Source: Elainellaceae cyanobacterium
GTDB taxonomy: Bacteria > Cyanobacteriota > Cyanobacteriia > CAZCXK01
Reading direction: 5' to 3'
Length of the DNA: 53,986 nt
NCBI GenBank assembly: GCA_051117555.1
Contig: JBNPEG010000063.1
Location: 91,245-145,230 of the forward strand
Shown here: piece by piece, positions 18,639-28,433 of the stretch
Layout of the letters: each line of letters starts with the position of its first letter
Position numbering within the stretch: the first letter of the stretch is position 1
The notes under the pieces: model-generated
What the model saw: only the letters and a program-made list of their open reading frames with translations
The model's database searches: none
Told to the model about the DNA's origin: nothing
Made by a program: the position numbers and the translations under genes

Positions 18639-19526
18639 ATGAGTCTGATTCAAGCTTGGCTACAGTCTTGGTCAACGTTTATAGGCATCCTACTGCTCAG
18701 CGCCGTTCCCTTATCGGCAAACGTGGCGATCGCCGCCTTCGTTGCGTCAGATAGCACAACAAAATCTGTAGAAACAGCAATATCGCAGGCTGAAAAAAGA
18801 AACTCTTCGTTCTGTCCAGAATCTCTATCATCAACTATCGATACCATTATTCAAGTTCCCGCCTTTTCAACGAGTCGATGGGGAATCTTGGTCGAACCGC
18901 TTTCCGCATCCGACCCACTATATAGCTATCAAGAGGATGATTTTCTAATCCCTGCGTCTAATGTCAAGCTCCTGACGACCGCAGCCGCATTAAAAACACT
19001 CGACACTCAACAGCACTATGATTCTGCTTCCATCAGAGACCGGGTACGATTCATCAATCTGACGAGTAATAATCAATCTGCCGATGCGTTATTGCGATAT
19101 CTAGGCGGACCTCATGTGATTAAAGATATTCTGACTCCTTTAGGAATCAATCCCAATAGCTATCGTCAAGTAGATGGGTCAGGGCTATCTCGATATAATA
19201 TGGCAACTGCATCTACCTTCGTCGCCATCCTGAAAGCGATGCATGGTGATGTTGAAGGAAATGTATTCTACGAATCGTTGCCTATTGCTGGCATGAGTGG
19301 AACACTTCGACATCGGTTCCAAAATACGTCGGTTCAGGGTCAACTTCGTGCAAAGACAGGAACGTTAAGGGGGGTTAGGGCATTGTCAGGATTTCTTCAA
19401 CATCCTGATTATGATGTTCTAGTATTTAGCATCATGGTCAACCAACCCAATCAATCGGGGCAGGTTCTTTTAGGGGCAATTGATCAAATTGTCTTACGAC
19501 TCAGCCAACTTAGATCTTGTGATTAA
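18639..19526 (+). CDS. dacB: D-Ala-D-Ala carboxypeptidase/endopeptidase (peptidase S13, compact PBP4)
   Basis: PASNVK (SxxK), SNN (SxN), DGSGLSRYN, AKTGTL. Confidence 0.85.
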   Translation: MSLIQAWLQSWSTFIGILLLSAVPLSANVAIAAFVASDSTTKSVETAISQAEKRNSSFCPESLSSTIDTIIQVPAFSTSRWGILVEPLSASDPLYSYQEDDFLIPASNVKLLTTAAALKTLDTQQHYDSASIRDRVRFINLTSNNQSADALLRYLGGPHVIKDILTPLGINPNSYRQVDGSGLSRYNMATASTFVAILKAMHGDVEGNVFYESLPIAGMSGTLRHRFQNTSVQGQLRAKTGTLRGVRALSGFLQHPDYDVLVFSIMVNQPNQSGQVLLGAIDQIVLRLSQLRSCD

Positions 19527-19790
19527 AGCCACGATTGGCGCGATCTGAGATACCGGTTAGCCTTAATTTTATAGATGCCAGGGTAATGATGATTTTTCCT
19601 CAAAGTGTTGAAAATATTCAAGATATGAGCACTCTGATGGGAGGTACACTACGTACAAGTTTTCTTGTACATCATGTAGGTTAGACTCAGGGTATTCGCT
19701 GGATGGGTTCTGCATTCTTCATCTTTGCAAGCGCTTGAGTATCAGAACTCCACTTCTTTGCACTCGCGACGGGAATGAGGAAGTCCCAAA

Positions 19791-21890
19791 ATGTTGGTTT
19801 GTCCCCACTGTCAATTTGAAAACCCATCTGACCACAAATTTTGTCAAAAATGTGGGACGTCATTACATCAAGTAAAGTCCCATGACACTGAATCTGAAAA
19901 TGATATTGAGCGGCCCATAGATTCTGACGGATCATCGTCTCGAGTAATTTGGCAAGCCGTCTTATCTAGCGCCTATCGTCGCCTTGATCCGAACCCCTTA
20001 CAAGTCACAGACGCTGTATCCTTTCCACTTTTCTCTGCACCAGCTACCTCATCTCCCCAATCAGACTTACCAGAAGATAAGTGTTTAGACGTTGATAAGC
20101 GATACCAGCTTTTAGATCCGCTACCCGATTTGACTGCTTCACCTGCAGAAACAGACGTTGATATAGAGGTGAGGGTTCTAGATCGACATCCGTTTGAACC
20201 TTCAAGGCTCGAAGCATTTGTTGAAACTCGTCTAGATTATCCCGCCGACGATACAGATTCAAATGCCGAGCTCAATGAGTTGTCTGAGTCTTTGCCTGCG
20301 ATCGCTCATACATATTTAAATCTTCAACATCAGCTCTATCCCTCACTGCCTCAAATCCATGACGCTTGGGAACAGCATGGATACGTCATTGTGCTACTCG
20401 AAGATCGCGATGCTTTACCTGTTTTTTCTGACATCCTCGACGAGAGTATTCTGCCTATTCAGGTTATTCACTGGTTTTATGACATGACCGAGCTTTGGGG
20501 CGCCCTGAAACCCTATCACTGTCGGCAAAGTCTATTAGAGCCAACAAATTTGCGTATCGATGAAGATCAGATTTTGTGCCTGAGGCGGCTCTATGTAGAT
20601 AATCGTGGAGATGATGTCAAGCTCAACGATTTAGGTTACCTTTGGACTACAATTCTCCAACTTTCTGAGTGGTCGCAGTCAGACGAGATTATACAGGTTA
20701 GTCGAGAGTTAGAGCGTGGCTCAATTTCGACCCTCACCGACTTGAGGTCACGGTTGGAGATCATTGCTGATCAACTTCAATTTGACGAACAATCCAGCTT
20801 TGTCAACTCTGAGCTGTTGGATGATTTTTCAGATTCAGACTATAGCAGTGTCGATGATAGTGACAGCGAGGACACCATACCCATGGATACAATAAATCCT
20901 CAGCGATCAATAAACACTCCAGTAAGTGATCAGCTTGATCTAGCCGACTCTGATTCAGAATTTTCGGACGCCTTTAGATCAGATGATTCAGGGCTTCCAG
21001 ATACCCATGGAGACATCACTGGCGATGGTGACGATGTTCCGACCGTTGTGCTGCCTATGCAGCTCTTTAGTTTGACTGATACGGGACGAACCGACATTGG
21101 CCGCCAGCGAGAGCATAACGAAGACTGCTTCAGCATTCATACAGAAATTCGCAAGCAAGAAAATCCAGTAGGGCGGATATTAAAAGCAAAAGGGCTGTAC
21201 ATCCTCTGTGATGGCATGGGAGGGCATGAGGGAGGTGAAGTTGCTAGCGCTCTAGCCGTAGAGACATTAAAAAGTTACTTCAAAACTCGCTGGACCGATC
21301 AGATGCCCACCGAAGACATGCTTCGCGAAGCAATCTATCTGGCAAACCAAAAAATTTATGAATTAAACCAGGTTAATGCTTGCCATGGAAGCGGTCGCAT
21401 GGGCACTACGCTGGTGATGCTTTTGGTGCAAGATACTAAGGCTGCAATCATCCACGTCGGCGACAGTCGGCTCTATCAGCTAACTCGAAAGCGAGGACTA
21501 GAGCAAATGACCATCGATCATGAAGTTGGGCAGCGCGAAATTTCGAGGGGTGTCGAACCTTCGATGGCATATGCGCGACCTGATGCATATCAGCTGACGC
21601 AGGCGCTTGGTCCCCGAGATGAGACATTTATCAATCCTGATATTCAGTTTATAGATATCAGCGAGGATACCCTCTTTGTGTTGTGTTCTGATGGTCTTAC
21701 CGATAACGACGCGCTAGAGAATCACTCTATAGAATATCTTGAGCCTATGCTGAGTTCTCAGGCCAATCTTGACGAGGGTATTAACCATCTCATTGAACTG
21801 GCCAATCATCATAACGGCCATGACAACATTACTATTATCCTAGCCAGAGTTAAGCTTAAGCCCTACATAGAATCGCTCCGGCAAGGATAG
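19791..21890 (+). CDS. PP2C Ser/Thr phosphatase with zinc ribbon and degenerate kinase-like N-terminal region
   Basis: CPHC..FCQKCG; RQREHNED, LCDGMGGH, HVGDSR, LCSDGL, GHDNIT. Confidence 0.92.
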   Translation: MLVCPHCQFENPSDHKFCQKCGTSLHQVKSHDTESENDIERPIDSDGSSSRVIWQAVLSSAYRRLDPNPLQVTDAVSFPLFSAPATSSPQSDLPEDKCLDVDKRYQLLDPLPDLTASPAETDVDIEVRVLDRHPFEPSRLEAFVETRLDYPADDTDSNAELNELSESLPAIAHTYLNLQHQLYPSLPQIHDAWEQHGYVIVLLEDRDALPVFSDILDESILPIQVIHWFYDMTELWGALKPYHCRQSLLEPTNLRIDEDQILCLRRLYVDNRGDDVKLNDLGYLWTTILQLSEWSQSDEIIQVSRELERGSISTLTDLRSRLEIIADQLQFDEQSSFVNSELLDDFSDSDYSSVDDSDSEDTIPMDTINPQRSINTPVSDQLDLADSDSEFSDAFRSDDSGLPDTHGDITGDGDDVPTVVLPMQLFSLTDTGRTDIGRQREHNEDCFSIHTEIRKQENPVGRILKAKGLYILCDGMGGHEGGEVASALAVETLKSYFKTRWTDQMPTEDMLREAIYLANQKIYELNQVNACHGSGRMGTTLVMLLVQDTKAAIIHVGDSRLYQLTRKRGLEQMTIDHEVGQREISRGVEPSMAYARPDAYQLTQALGPRDETFINPDIQFIDISEDTLFVLCSDGLTDNDALENHSIEYLEPMLSSQANLDEGINHLIELANHHNGHDNITIILARVKLKPYIESLRQG

Positions 21891-22187
21891 TCGTGTAGTA
21901 TTGGCTGATGGCAAGCCCTAGAGTCGGACAATAATAATCCGAAATTGTTCTACTCTTCTATTCTGACCGTCATCACCCAGATGTACTCAGGTAATGAAAA
22001 CGAGTGCTTAGATGTCTAGTCGTAGATATAGGCATGGAAGCCATTTGCAAAGGCTTTACTCGAGCTGTTGATGCGTCCTTTGTGCATCAGACTCTATTGA
22101 CGACCTAAATACTGACGACCTAAATACTGTAAATGGATGTCTAATCCCGGCTCAGCTAGGACGGAAAACACCGACAAAGTATGATGA

Positions 22188-22409
22188 TTAATCGTCTTCT
22201 TCCCAACTTTCGACTGCCAAAAGCGCGCTAATTGGGTCTTGCATCGAGAATTCAAATTCCTCGAGCTCTCGCTTCCAATATGACCACTCATCTCCAAAGA
22301 GTAGGGCTACTTTCCAAAGGCGATCGCTTTGGCGAATCACCTTTGAATCGACAAGAGAACGCACTTTGCGTTGGAACTTCACCATAGGGTGAATAACCTG
22401 CTGGATCAT
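22188..22409 (-). CDS. DUF4327 family protein
   Basis: MIQQVIHPMVKFQRKVRSLV...WSYWKRELEEFEFSMQDPI; AAGGAG RBS. Confidence 0.8.
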   Translation of the reverse strand: MIQQVIHPMVKFQRKVRSLVDSKVIRQSDRLWKVALLFGDEWSYWKRELEEFEFSMQDPISALLAVESWEEDD

Positions 22410-22811
22410 AACTCCTTCATTCCGAATTTTCAAATACTTGTTCAAAGGAAACTGGGTGGATTACAACACGTTAGATTCTGACGCAGCTATCTGTGTTGCC
22501 TATATTCTTACTTAGCCCAGTATATTGCTCCTTTTAGTACATTAGCATACTAGATGCTCATACGGAATCTTTAAGCCTGGTTTTTGGGCACAACAAATTT
22601 GTACTTCCTGATAAATAAACCAATTTAGATAAGTAGAACTTACATTAGAGATTTTGTATCATGAGATGCGTACCAAAGCGCTAAGGTAAGTAACGTTGGC
22701 TAAGATTGGTAAGACTCTAGAGTGACAATTTAATGCTGAAATCTTGTTTATGTGATTCGGCATTCTATATAATTAGAGTTTTGGGAAGGTTTCAAACAGA
22801 GAGGAAGCTAC

Positions 22812-23414
22812 ATGTCGAGATATCGAGGCCCTCGCCTCAGAGTTGTTCGTCGTCTTGGCGAGTTACCAGGTTTAACCCGCAAGAGCGCTCGTCGGGCGTA
22901 TCCGCCTGGTCAACACGGGCAAGCGCGTCGTAAACGTTCTGAATATGCAATTCGTCTTGAGGAGAAGCAGAAGCTCCGTTATAACTATGGGCTGACTGAA
23001 CGGCAGCTTTTGCGCTATGTGAAGAAAGCGCGTCGCGCGGTCGGATCAACGGGTCAAGTATTGCTTCAGCTTTTGGAAATGCGGTTGGACAATACGATCT
23101 TTCGCCTCGGCATGGCACCGACGATTCCTTCAGCTCGCCAGCTCGTAAACCATGGTCATGTTACGGTGAACGGGCGCGTTTTGAATATTCCAAGCTATCA
23201 GTGTAGGCCTGGCGATGTGATTTCGGTGCGCGATCGCTCTCGCAGTATTGTTGAAACCAACCTCCAATTCCCTGGTCTAGCCAATATTCCTAGCCATCTA
23301 GAGTTTGATAAGGAAAAGATCATTGGCAAGGTTAATGGAGTGATTGATCGCGAGTGGATTGCACTCCAAATCAATGAACTGCTGGTGGTTGAGTACTACT
23401 CAAGACAGGCTTAA
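22812..23414 (+). CDS. rpsD: 30S ribosomal protein S4
   Basis: [34 protein letters not shown]. Confidence 0.99.
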   Translation: MSRYRGPRLRVVRRLGELPGLTRKSARRAYPPGQHGQARRKRSEYAIRLEEKQKLRYNYGLTERQLLRYVKKARRAVGSTGQVLLQLLEMRLDNTIFRLGMAPTIPSARQLVNHGHVTVNGRVLNIPSYQCRPGDVISVRDRSRSIVETNLQFPGLANIPSHLEFDKEKIIGKVNGVIDREWIALQINELLVVEYYSRQA

Positions 23415-23550
23415 CATATACACGTCGCTATTCGTCATTTTGGGCATAGCTAAATTGTCTCAAGGCCCTTGTCATGACTTAACAGTTTGATTGATTTGAT
23501 GCTTCTGAGCGATAGGCTTGGGGGTATCAAATTTTTTTATGGGTACCGTT

Positions 23551-24537
23551 TTACCCACCGATCTGGGACATGGTGCGCTGATAGGCGCCCTTTGTGCCTG
23601 ACTCACGCTGTTTATAATTGATCTCAGGCTTAAGCGCCAGCAGATCGGCTACCCGGGCTCGGATGTGGTCAATCGGTTCTCCGGCTCTCAGTGCTGATTT
23701 CAGATCGAGTTGACCCATCTCGTTGAGGAGACACGGGCGCAGCCAGCCATCGGCAGAAAGCCGCATTCGATTGCAGCGATCGCAGAAACACTCAGACATT
23801 TGGCTAATAAAGCCTAAGGTGCCTCTTGCCTTTGGAATTTTAAACACATCTGCAGGACCGTTGCCACGAACATAGGCATCCGTAAGCCCCCAGCGATCGC
23901 GAATCTGTTGGCGTAAGTCTTCAGATGAAACCCAGCCGCGATCGCCAAACAGGTTGGTGTTACCAATTGGCATAAACTCGATAAATCTGATGTGCCACTC
24001 CCGATCGACGCTGAGGGCTGCTAGGTTAAGCACTTCGTGGTCATTCACGCTGGGAACCACGACTACATTCAGCTTGAGCGGGTCAAATCCAACTTGATGA
24101 GCGACCTGAATACCCTGCCAAACCTGCTGCCAGCGTGTTTTACCCCGATTGCCGATGATGCGGTCAAACGTTTCTGGCTCCAGGGAATCGAGACTAATGT
24201 TGACGCGTCGCAGCCCCGCATCATAGAGATCTTGCGCCATCGAGGCAAGCTTGAACCCATTGGTGGTCATCGACAGGTCACGAGTGGCAGGCAGCGAGGC
24301 GATCGCCTCAACAATGTCAACCACATCAGGACGAAGCAGCGGTTCACCACCTGTTAGCCGAAAGCGCGTAAATCCACAGGGAATGAACACCTCTCGAATC
24401 AGCATCAACAGCTCATCTCGGCTCAATATATCTTGGCGCTGTACGTATGCTAGCTCTGCCCCCTCGGGCATACAGTATTGACACTGAAAATTGCAGCGAT
24501 CGATGAGGCTGATTCGTAAATAGTCAACTGGATTCAT
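23551..24537 (-). CDS. moaA: GTP 3',8-cyclase MoaA
   Basis: [30 protein letters not shown] end. Confidence 0.97.
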   Translation of the reverse strand: MNPVDYLRISLIDRCNFQCQYCMPEGAELAYVQRQDILSRDELLMLIREVFIPCGFTRFRLTGGEPLLRPDVVDIVEAIASLPATRDLSMTTNGFKLASMAQDLYDAGLRRVNISLDSLEPETFDRIIGNRGKTRWQQVWQGIQVAHQVGFDPLKLNVVVVPSVNDHEVLNLAALSVDREWHIRFIEFMPIGNTNLFGDRGWVSSEDLRQQIRDRWGLTDAYVRGNGPADVFKIPKARGTLGFISQMSECFCDRCNRMRLSADGWLRPCLLNEMGQLDLKSALRAGEPIDHIRARVADLLALKPEINYKQRESGTKGAYQRTMSQIGG

Positions 24538-24641
24538 GCTTTTTATTAACCGTGGTGTCTACAGGTCTATATAAATAACGGCATGAGTTGATCCTAACGA
24601 AAGACCCCCTGTTGCGTGCATTCAGAACAGACGTGGATCAG

Positions 24642-25136
24642 CTAGAAATTGAGCGCTTCAGCATCTTGCTCAGGAGAAATAGCCGCGCGCCACGCTTGAA
24701 TTCCGCCGTCTAAGTTGTACGATTCGATGCCTGAGTCAGCTAAAATTTGCTGGGCTAGCCCTGAGCGACGACCGCTTGAGCAGTAAAGAATCACCGTAGG
24801 CTGCTCATCCATAGTGAGCTCGGCATGTTCAATCCACAGTTGCACCTTTTCGACTCCTTCCCCCTCTTCAATTTCAGAAAGCGGCACCACTGAACTGTTA
24901 GCAATGTGGTCTTGCGCATATTCGTCATAACGACGCACATCAATCATCATGACCGGTTTGATGTTGCCAGATAATACGTCTTCGACCGTGACTGTTTTTT
25001 GTTCAGTTTGAGCCATATCAAACGCTTGAGCCAGCATGATGTGCGGAGCATTGACGTTTAGTGCAAGAACACCCGCTCCAGAGCCGAGCAGACCCACTGC
25101 GATCGCCATCAAAGTCCAACGAGAATTTAAACGCAT
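24642..25136 (-). CDS. Exported rhodanese-domain protein
   Basis: Signal-like N-terminus; IDVR..EY...HI, YCSSGRRS, NLDGGIQAW. Confidence 0.85.
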   Translation of the reverse strand: MRLNSRWTLMAIAVGLLGSGAGVLALNVNAPHIMLAQAFDMAQTEQKTVTVEDVLSGNIKPVMMIDVRRYDEYAQDHIANSSVVPLSEIEEGEGVEKVQLWIEHAELTMDEQPTVILYCSSGRRSGLAQQILADSGIESYNLDGGIQAWRAAISPEQDAEALNF

Positions 25137-25248
25137 AGTTAACAATCCAAAATTTATCAACATTAAGCAATATTAAAGCCACATTCAACACTCAGCAACG
25201 TGAATGGTCAGTGGAATAAATGGAGCAAATCGGTCAAGCACATGGACT

Positions 25249-25330
25249 TATAGCGGTATGCGTTTGGGTTAAGTGCGGTGATGTAGGGCGCCCCGTGCCC
25301 CACATCACCGTTTATGTAGACGCAATAGCA
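25249..25330 (-). repeat. Repeat family B copy
   Basis: TATAGCGGTATGCGTTTGGGTTAAG...GGTGATGTAGGGCGC...CCCACATCACCGTTT, reverse complement of the 18397/31472/33587 copies. Confidence 0.8.
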
Positions 25331-25518
25331 AGGATGACCCATTAGATTCGCCTCAAACGAAATTCGAAGAATGAAGCCTACCGTAAGATTCACAAAATGA
25401 CACCCTACGCTCTACTATGTTCAAGGAATAGGATAAAGACTTTCCCAGCGTTACGTAATTGTATTCAGTTGGGATATTCTTTTACAAACGTTGTTTAGTG
25501 GTTTCCCAAGGTGTCATC

Positions 25519-25974
25519 ATGGATCCCGAAGCGAAACAAGATACCGGTTTTTCCGACGCAGCTTCAGATGCTGAGCAAGTCAAAGTTGATATTGATGACG
25601 AAGAGTCTGGTCAACTTTCTAAGATGCCAGCAGATCAGACGAATGAGCAGTGGCAGAAAATCGGAGAGCAGGTATCTGCATTCTTGGCAGATTTGCCCGA
25701 TTATGTTGGAGAATTTTTTGGAGAATATCGTCGACCCATCGTTACGATTGGCGTTGTTTTAGGCGTCATTCTCCTCTCTAAAGTTGCCTTGGCAATTTTA
25801 GGAGCCATCAACGAGATTCCACTCCTAGCTCCTACATTTGAGCTAGTCGGTATTGGTTACACTGCCTGGTTTATTTACCGATATATCTTGCGTGAGTCAA
25901 GCCGAAAAGAATTGTCTGAAGATTTTGAATCACTTAAAGAGCAAATTGTCGGCAGGAACGATAAAGAGGTGTAA
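25519..25974 (+). CDS. CAAD-domain (CurT-like) thylakoid protein
   Basis: AINEIPLLAPTFELVGIGYTAWFIYRYI...RKEL. Confidence 0.88.
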   Translation: MDPEAKQDTGFSDAASDAEQVKVDIDDEESGQLSKMPADQTNEQWQKIGEQVSAFLADLPDYVGEFFGEYRRPIVTIGVVLGVILLSKVALAILGAINEIPLLAPTFELVGIGYTAWFIYRYILRESSRKELSEDFESLKEQIVGRNDKEV

Positions 25975-26031
25975 GGCGACAGCCAACTAACCTAATCAAC
26001 TACCGGTATAGGGATTCTCCGCTAAATTATG

Positions 26032-26064
26032 AGAGGTATGGTGTAACGCCATACCTCTTTATTT
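26032..26064 (+). terminator. Intrinsic terminator after the CAAD gene
   Basis: AGAGGTATGGTG-TAA-CGCCATACCTCT-TTATTT. Confidence 0.7.
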
Positions 26065-26128
26065 CTATTGAATTTCTATTGATTCTTCTGGTACACAAAA
26101 TTTGATGGATGAATGCAACCGGCGTCCT

Positions 26129-26782
26129 TTAAGGATGAGGCGCTAGCGTTTGGATGTGTTTATCAATGATTTCTGGAAGCTCGTCAGGGCTTACGCGACT
26201 GTATCGGGTTTTATCAGGCATAACAATATTGGGCCCTGCTTTACACCGCTTCATGCAGCCTGTTTGTTTGATAGTGACCTGCCCCTCTAACTGGCGATCG
26301 CTCAAAATTTTCTCAAGAGTTTGAGAAACTGCCTTTCCGCCTCGTTTACAGCAATCGGATTTCTTGCAAACCAATATTGTTTCGGGTTTACGAGTTGGCC
26401 TAGACTCAGAATCTTGGAATTCTTTCTCCTGAGACGGTTTAGCATCAGCCGGACGCAGCATCCGATCGGCTATTTGATCAGGCCGACGAGGAGTGACGGA
26501 CTCAATAGATCCGGGTAGAGTCCGATCGACAGATTCAGCTTTGAGCGTCACCGCTCCCTTTTTCATGTCAATCTTCTGCTGACCTGACACACAAAGCCAA
26601 TCACCGGGGGTCAAATCAGCTATCAGAGACTTCCGAACATCCTTGGGAAGCTTGATTTTATATTCTCCGCTTGATGTGGCAAGGCGCAGCCCTTTGACCT
26701 TATACCCATCTTTAAGAACGACACTCAAGAGCCGACCTTCGATGCGAAAATCTGATTTTAACTTAGACGCTGATTTGCCCAT
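26129..26782 (-). CDS. Thioredoxin-like [2Fe-2S] ferredoxin domain protein (IdiC-like)
   Basis: VCKKSDCCKRGG...TGCMKRCKAGPNIV. Confidence 0.85.
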   Translation of the reverse strand: MGKSASKLKSDFRIEGRLLSVVLKDGYKVKGLRLATSSGEYKIKLPKDVRKSLIADLTPGDWLCVSGQQKIDMKKGAVTLKAESVDRTLPGSIESVTPRRPDQIADRMLRPADAKPSQEKEFQDSESRPTRKPETILVCKKSDCCKRGGKAVSQTLEKILSDRQLEGQVTIKQTGCMKRCKAGPNIVMPDKTRYSRVSPDELPEIIDKHIQTLAPHP

Positions 26783-27026
26783 GATTTCCCCCTGCTTCCT
26801 GATAAATTTAATTCGGCTTAGCGATTAAACCATCTTTGCTTTAAGGACTGTAGTGCCTTACCCGGGACGCTTTGACCTTCAATCCGAACATGATTTAATC
26901 GAATTTTTCGAATAGTGACTATAAATAGTGTTTATCTGAATCGTTTATCTGAATTGTTTATTTGACCTCGTATCTCTATATTTTGCATCTATATTGCTTA
27001 TCTCGATTAGGTAGGGGTTATCTTCA

Positions 27027-27275
27027 CTATGTGCTATTGAGCAAACATCGCTCCAGCAAAGTTACAAGCTGCTGTCGAGATGCCGTGGTGTGAGCAATAA
27101 CGCTCCGCAACTGAGCGATCGCTAGTGGGTGATCAATGCTGATACGTAAGCTCCCATCACGGGGACATGTACACGGAATATCAAGCTCTCTCAATCGGTG
27201 ATATACTCGCCAGCGATCGCTTCGGCAAACAGAGACAACATGCGCCGGGGAATCGAGATCAAATAAGTCATCCAT
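27027..27275 (-). CDS. Asr1405/Asl0597 family protein
   Basis: DRWRVYHRLRELDIPC.C...QLRSV...ASRQQLV..LERC. Confidence 0.75.
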   Translation of the reverse strand: MDDLFDLDSPAHVVSVCRSDRWRVYHRLRELDIPCTCPRDGSLRISIDHPLAIAQLRSVIAHTTASRQQLVTLLERCLLNST

Positions 27276-27552
27276 AGATCAAACAACAAGCAGATTTAGA
27301 TGAAATAAATTCTTGGTTAAGAACGATGATAATTTCACTAGATTTGCGACATAACAGGTATGATTTCGAGCACAATGGTCGAGGCCATCCTCCCCAAAAT
27401 TATTGATTTGGAACGAGGACTGATTTGATAATCACGCTGTAAACATTTCCCTGAGGGCAAATCTAGATAGATTGAATTAATAACTCTAATTACAGATACC
27501 TATACTCCTGATTGAGAGCTGATTCATAATTAATTCACCGCTGGCTCACAAC

Positions 27553-27575
27553 TTATTGAGAATATTAATCAATAA
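27553..27575. promoter_or_regulatory. Fur-box-like palindrome
   Basis: TTATTGAGAATATTAATCAATAA; weaker similar sites near 27512-27530 and 27611-27628; upstream of an Fe-S protein operon. Confidence 0.6.
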
Positions 27576-27745
27576 CTCTTACTCTTGAGCATACGAGAAA
27601 ACGCGTTTACTTGCAAATAGTTTTCATTTATTGGGATGCTCAAATTTTCGATGCGTAGAAGGCAAGAATTCTGGAAATCCGCGCTCCCAAGGGATTTCAG
27701 CAATCAGACGCATCAAATCAGACCCTCGGCCAATTTACAGCACCG

Positions 27746-28171
27746 TTAGGTTGACTGAACCGTCAACAGTTGAACATTGAGAAACCGAACGAAATCTTCG
27801 ACGGTATCAAGGCTTTCTGGAATAAAATGGTCGCTGAGGTCACGATTAAAGCGATCATAGAAGTCGTCAATTAGAGTGAGTTCCCAATCAAACCAACACA
27901 CCTCAGACCAACACAGGTCATCTTCTAGGCGATCGCTCGGTGTTACCCTTGCAAACGAAAGTCCAGAATATTTAGAAAAATTTCCATACACAAATTCTGC
28001 AATGGCAGGTTCAATTCCTAATGGTTGCCAGAATGCTTCAAACCATTCGCATAGAGCTAATTCTGGACGATGATCTAAGCGCCGACTCACCTGATACCGA
28101 AACCTGACATCGGGGCTTAAATCATCGTAAGTTTTGAGGCTGATGAAAAAATTTTTAAGCCTTCGCCACAT
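27746..28171 (-). CDS. Conserved hypothetical cyanobacterial protein
   Basis: 141-aa ORF; PSDRLEDDL.W...CWFDW, acyl-carrier-like ending TVEDFVRFLN. Confidence 0.7.
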   Translation of the reverse strand: MWRRLKNFFISLKTYDDLSPDVRFRYQVSRRLDHRPELALCEWFEAFWQPLGIEPAIAEFVYGNFSKYSGLSFARVTPSDRLEDDLCWSEVCWFDWELTLIDDFYDRFNRDLSDHFIPESLDTVEDFVRFLNVQLLTVQST

Positions 28172-28433
28172 TGTCTAAACGCCTGATATTCCTAGGGTTC
28201 GAGCTTCTTTATCAGTATTCCCATTACCTTAGCAATCTCTCATGGATGCACCGGAAGAATTCATCACTAGGCAAGCGGAAGAGGGATGATTTATATCTTT
28301 TATCAGTGAGAATTATCAATCTGGAGATTGCAACGCTCACGATGTAGAGCTACTCAAGACAAAAATTAGTAAATGGGTATTCCCATCTTTCTCTGAATCG
28401 CTATCGTTTAACCCAAAGAATCTCTTACCTACA

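Noticed and set aside
19644..19657. LexA box (also 44312-44325)
   Set aside because: GTAC half-sites are 5 nt apart rather than the 4 expected for the cyanobacterial SOS box
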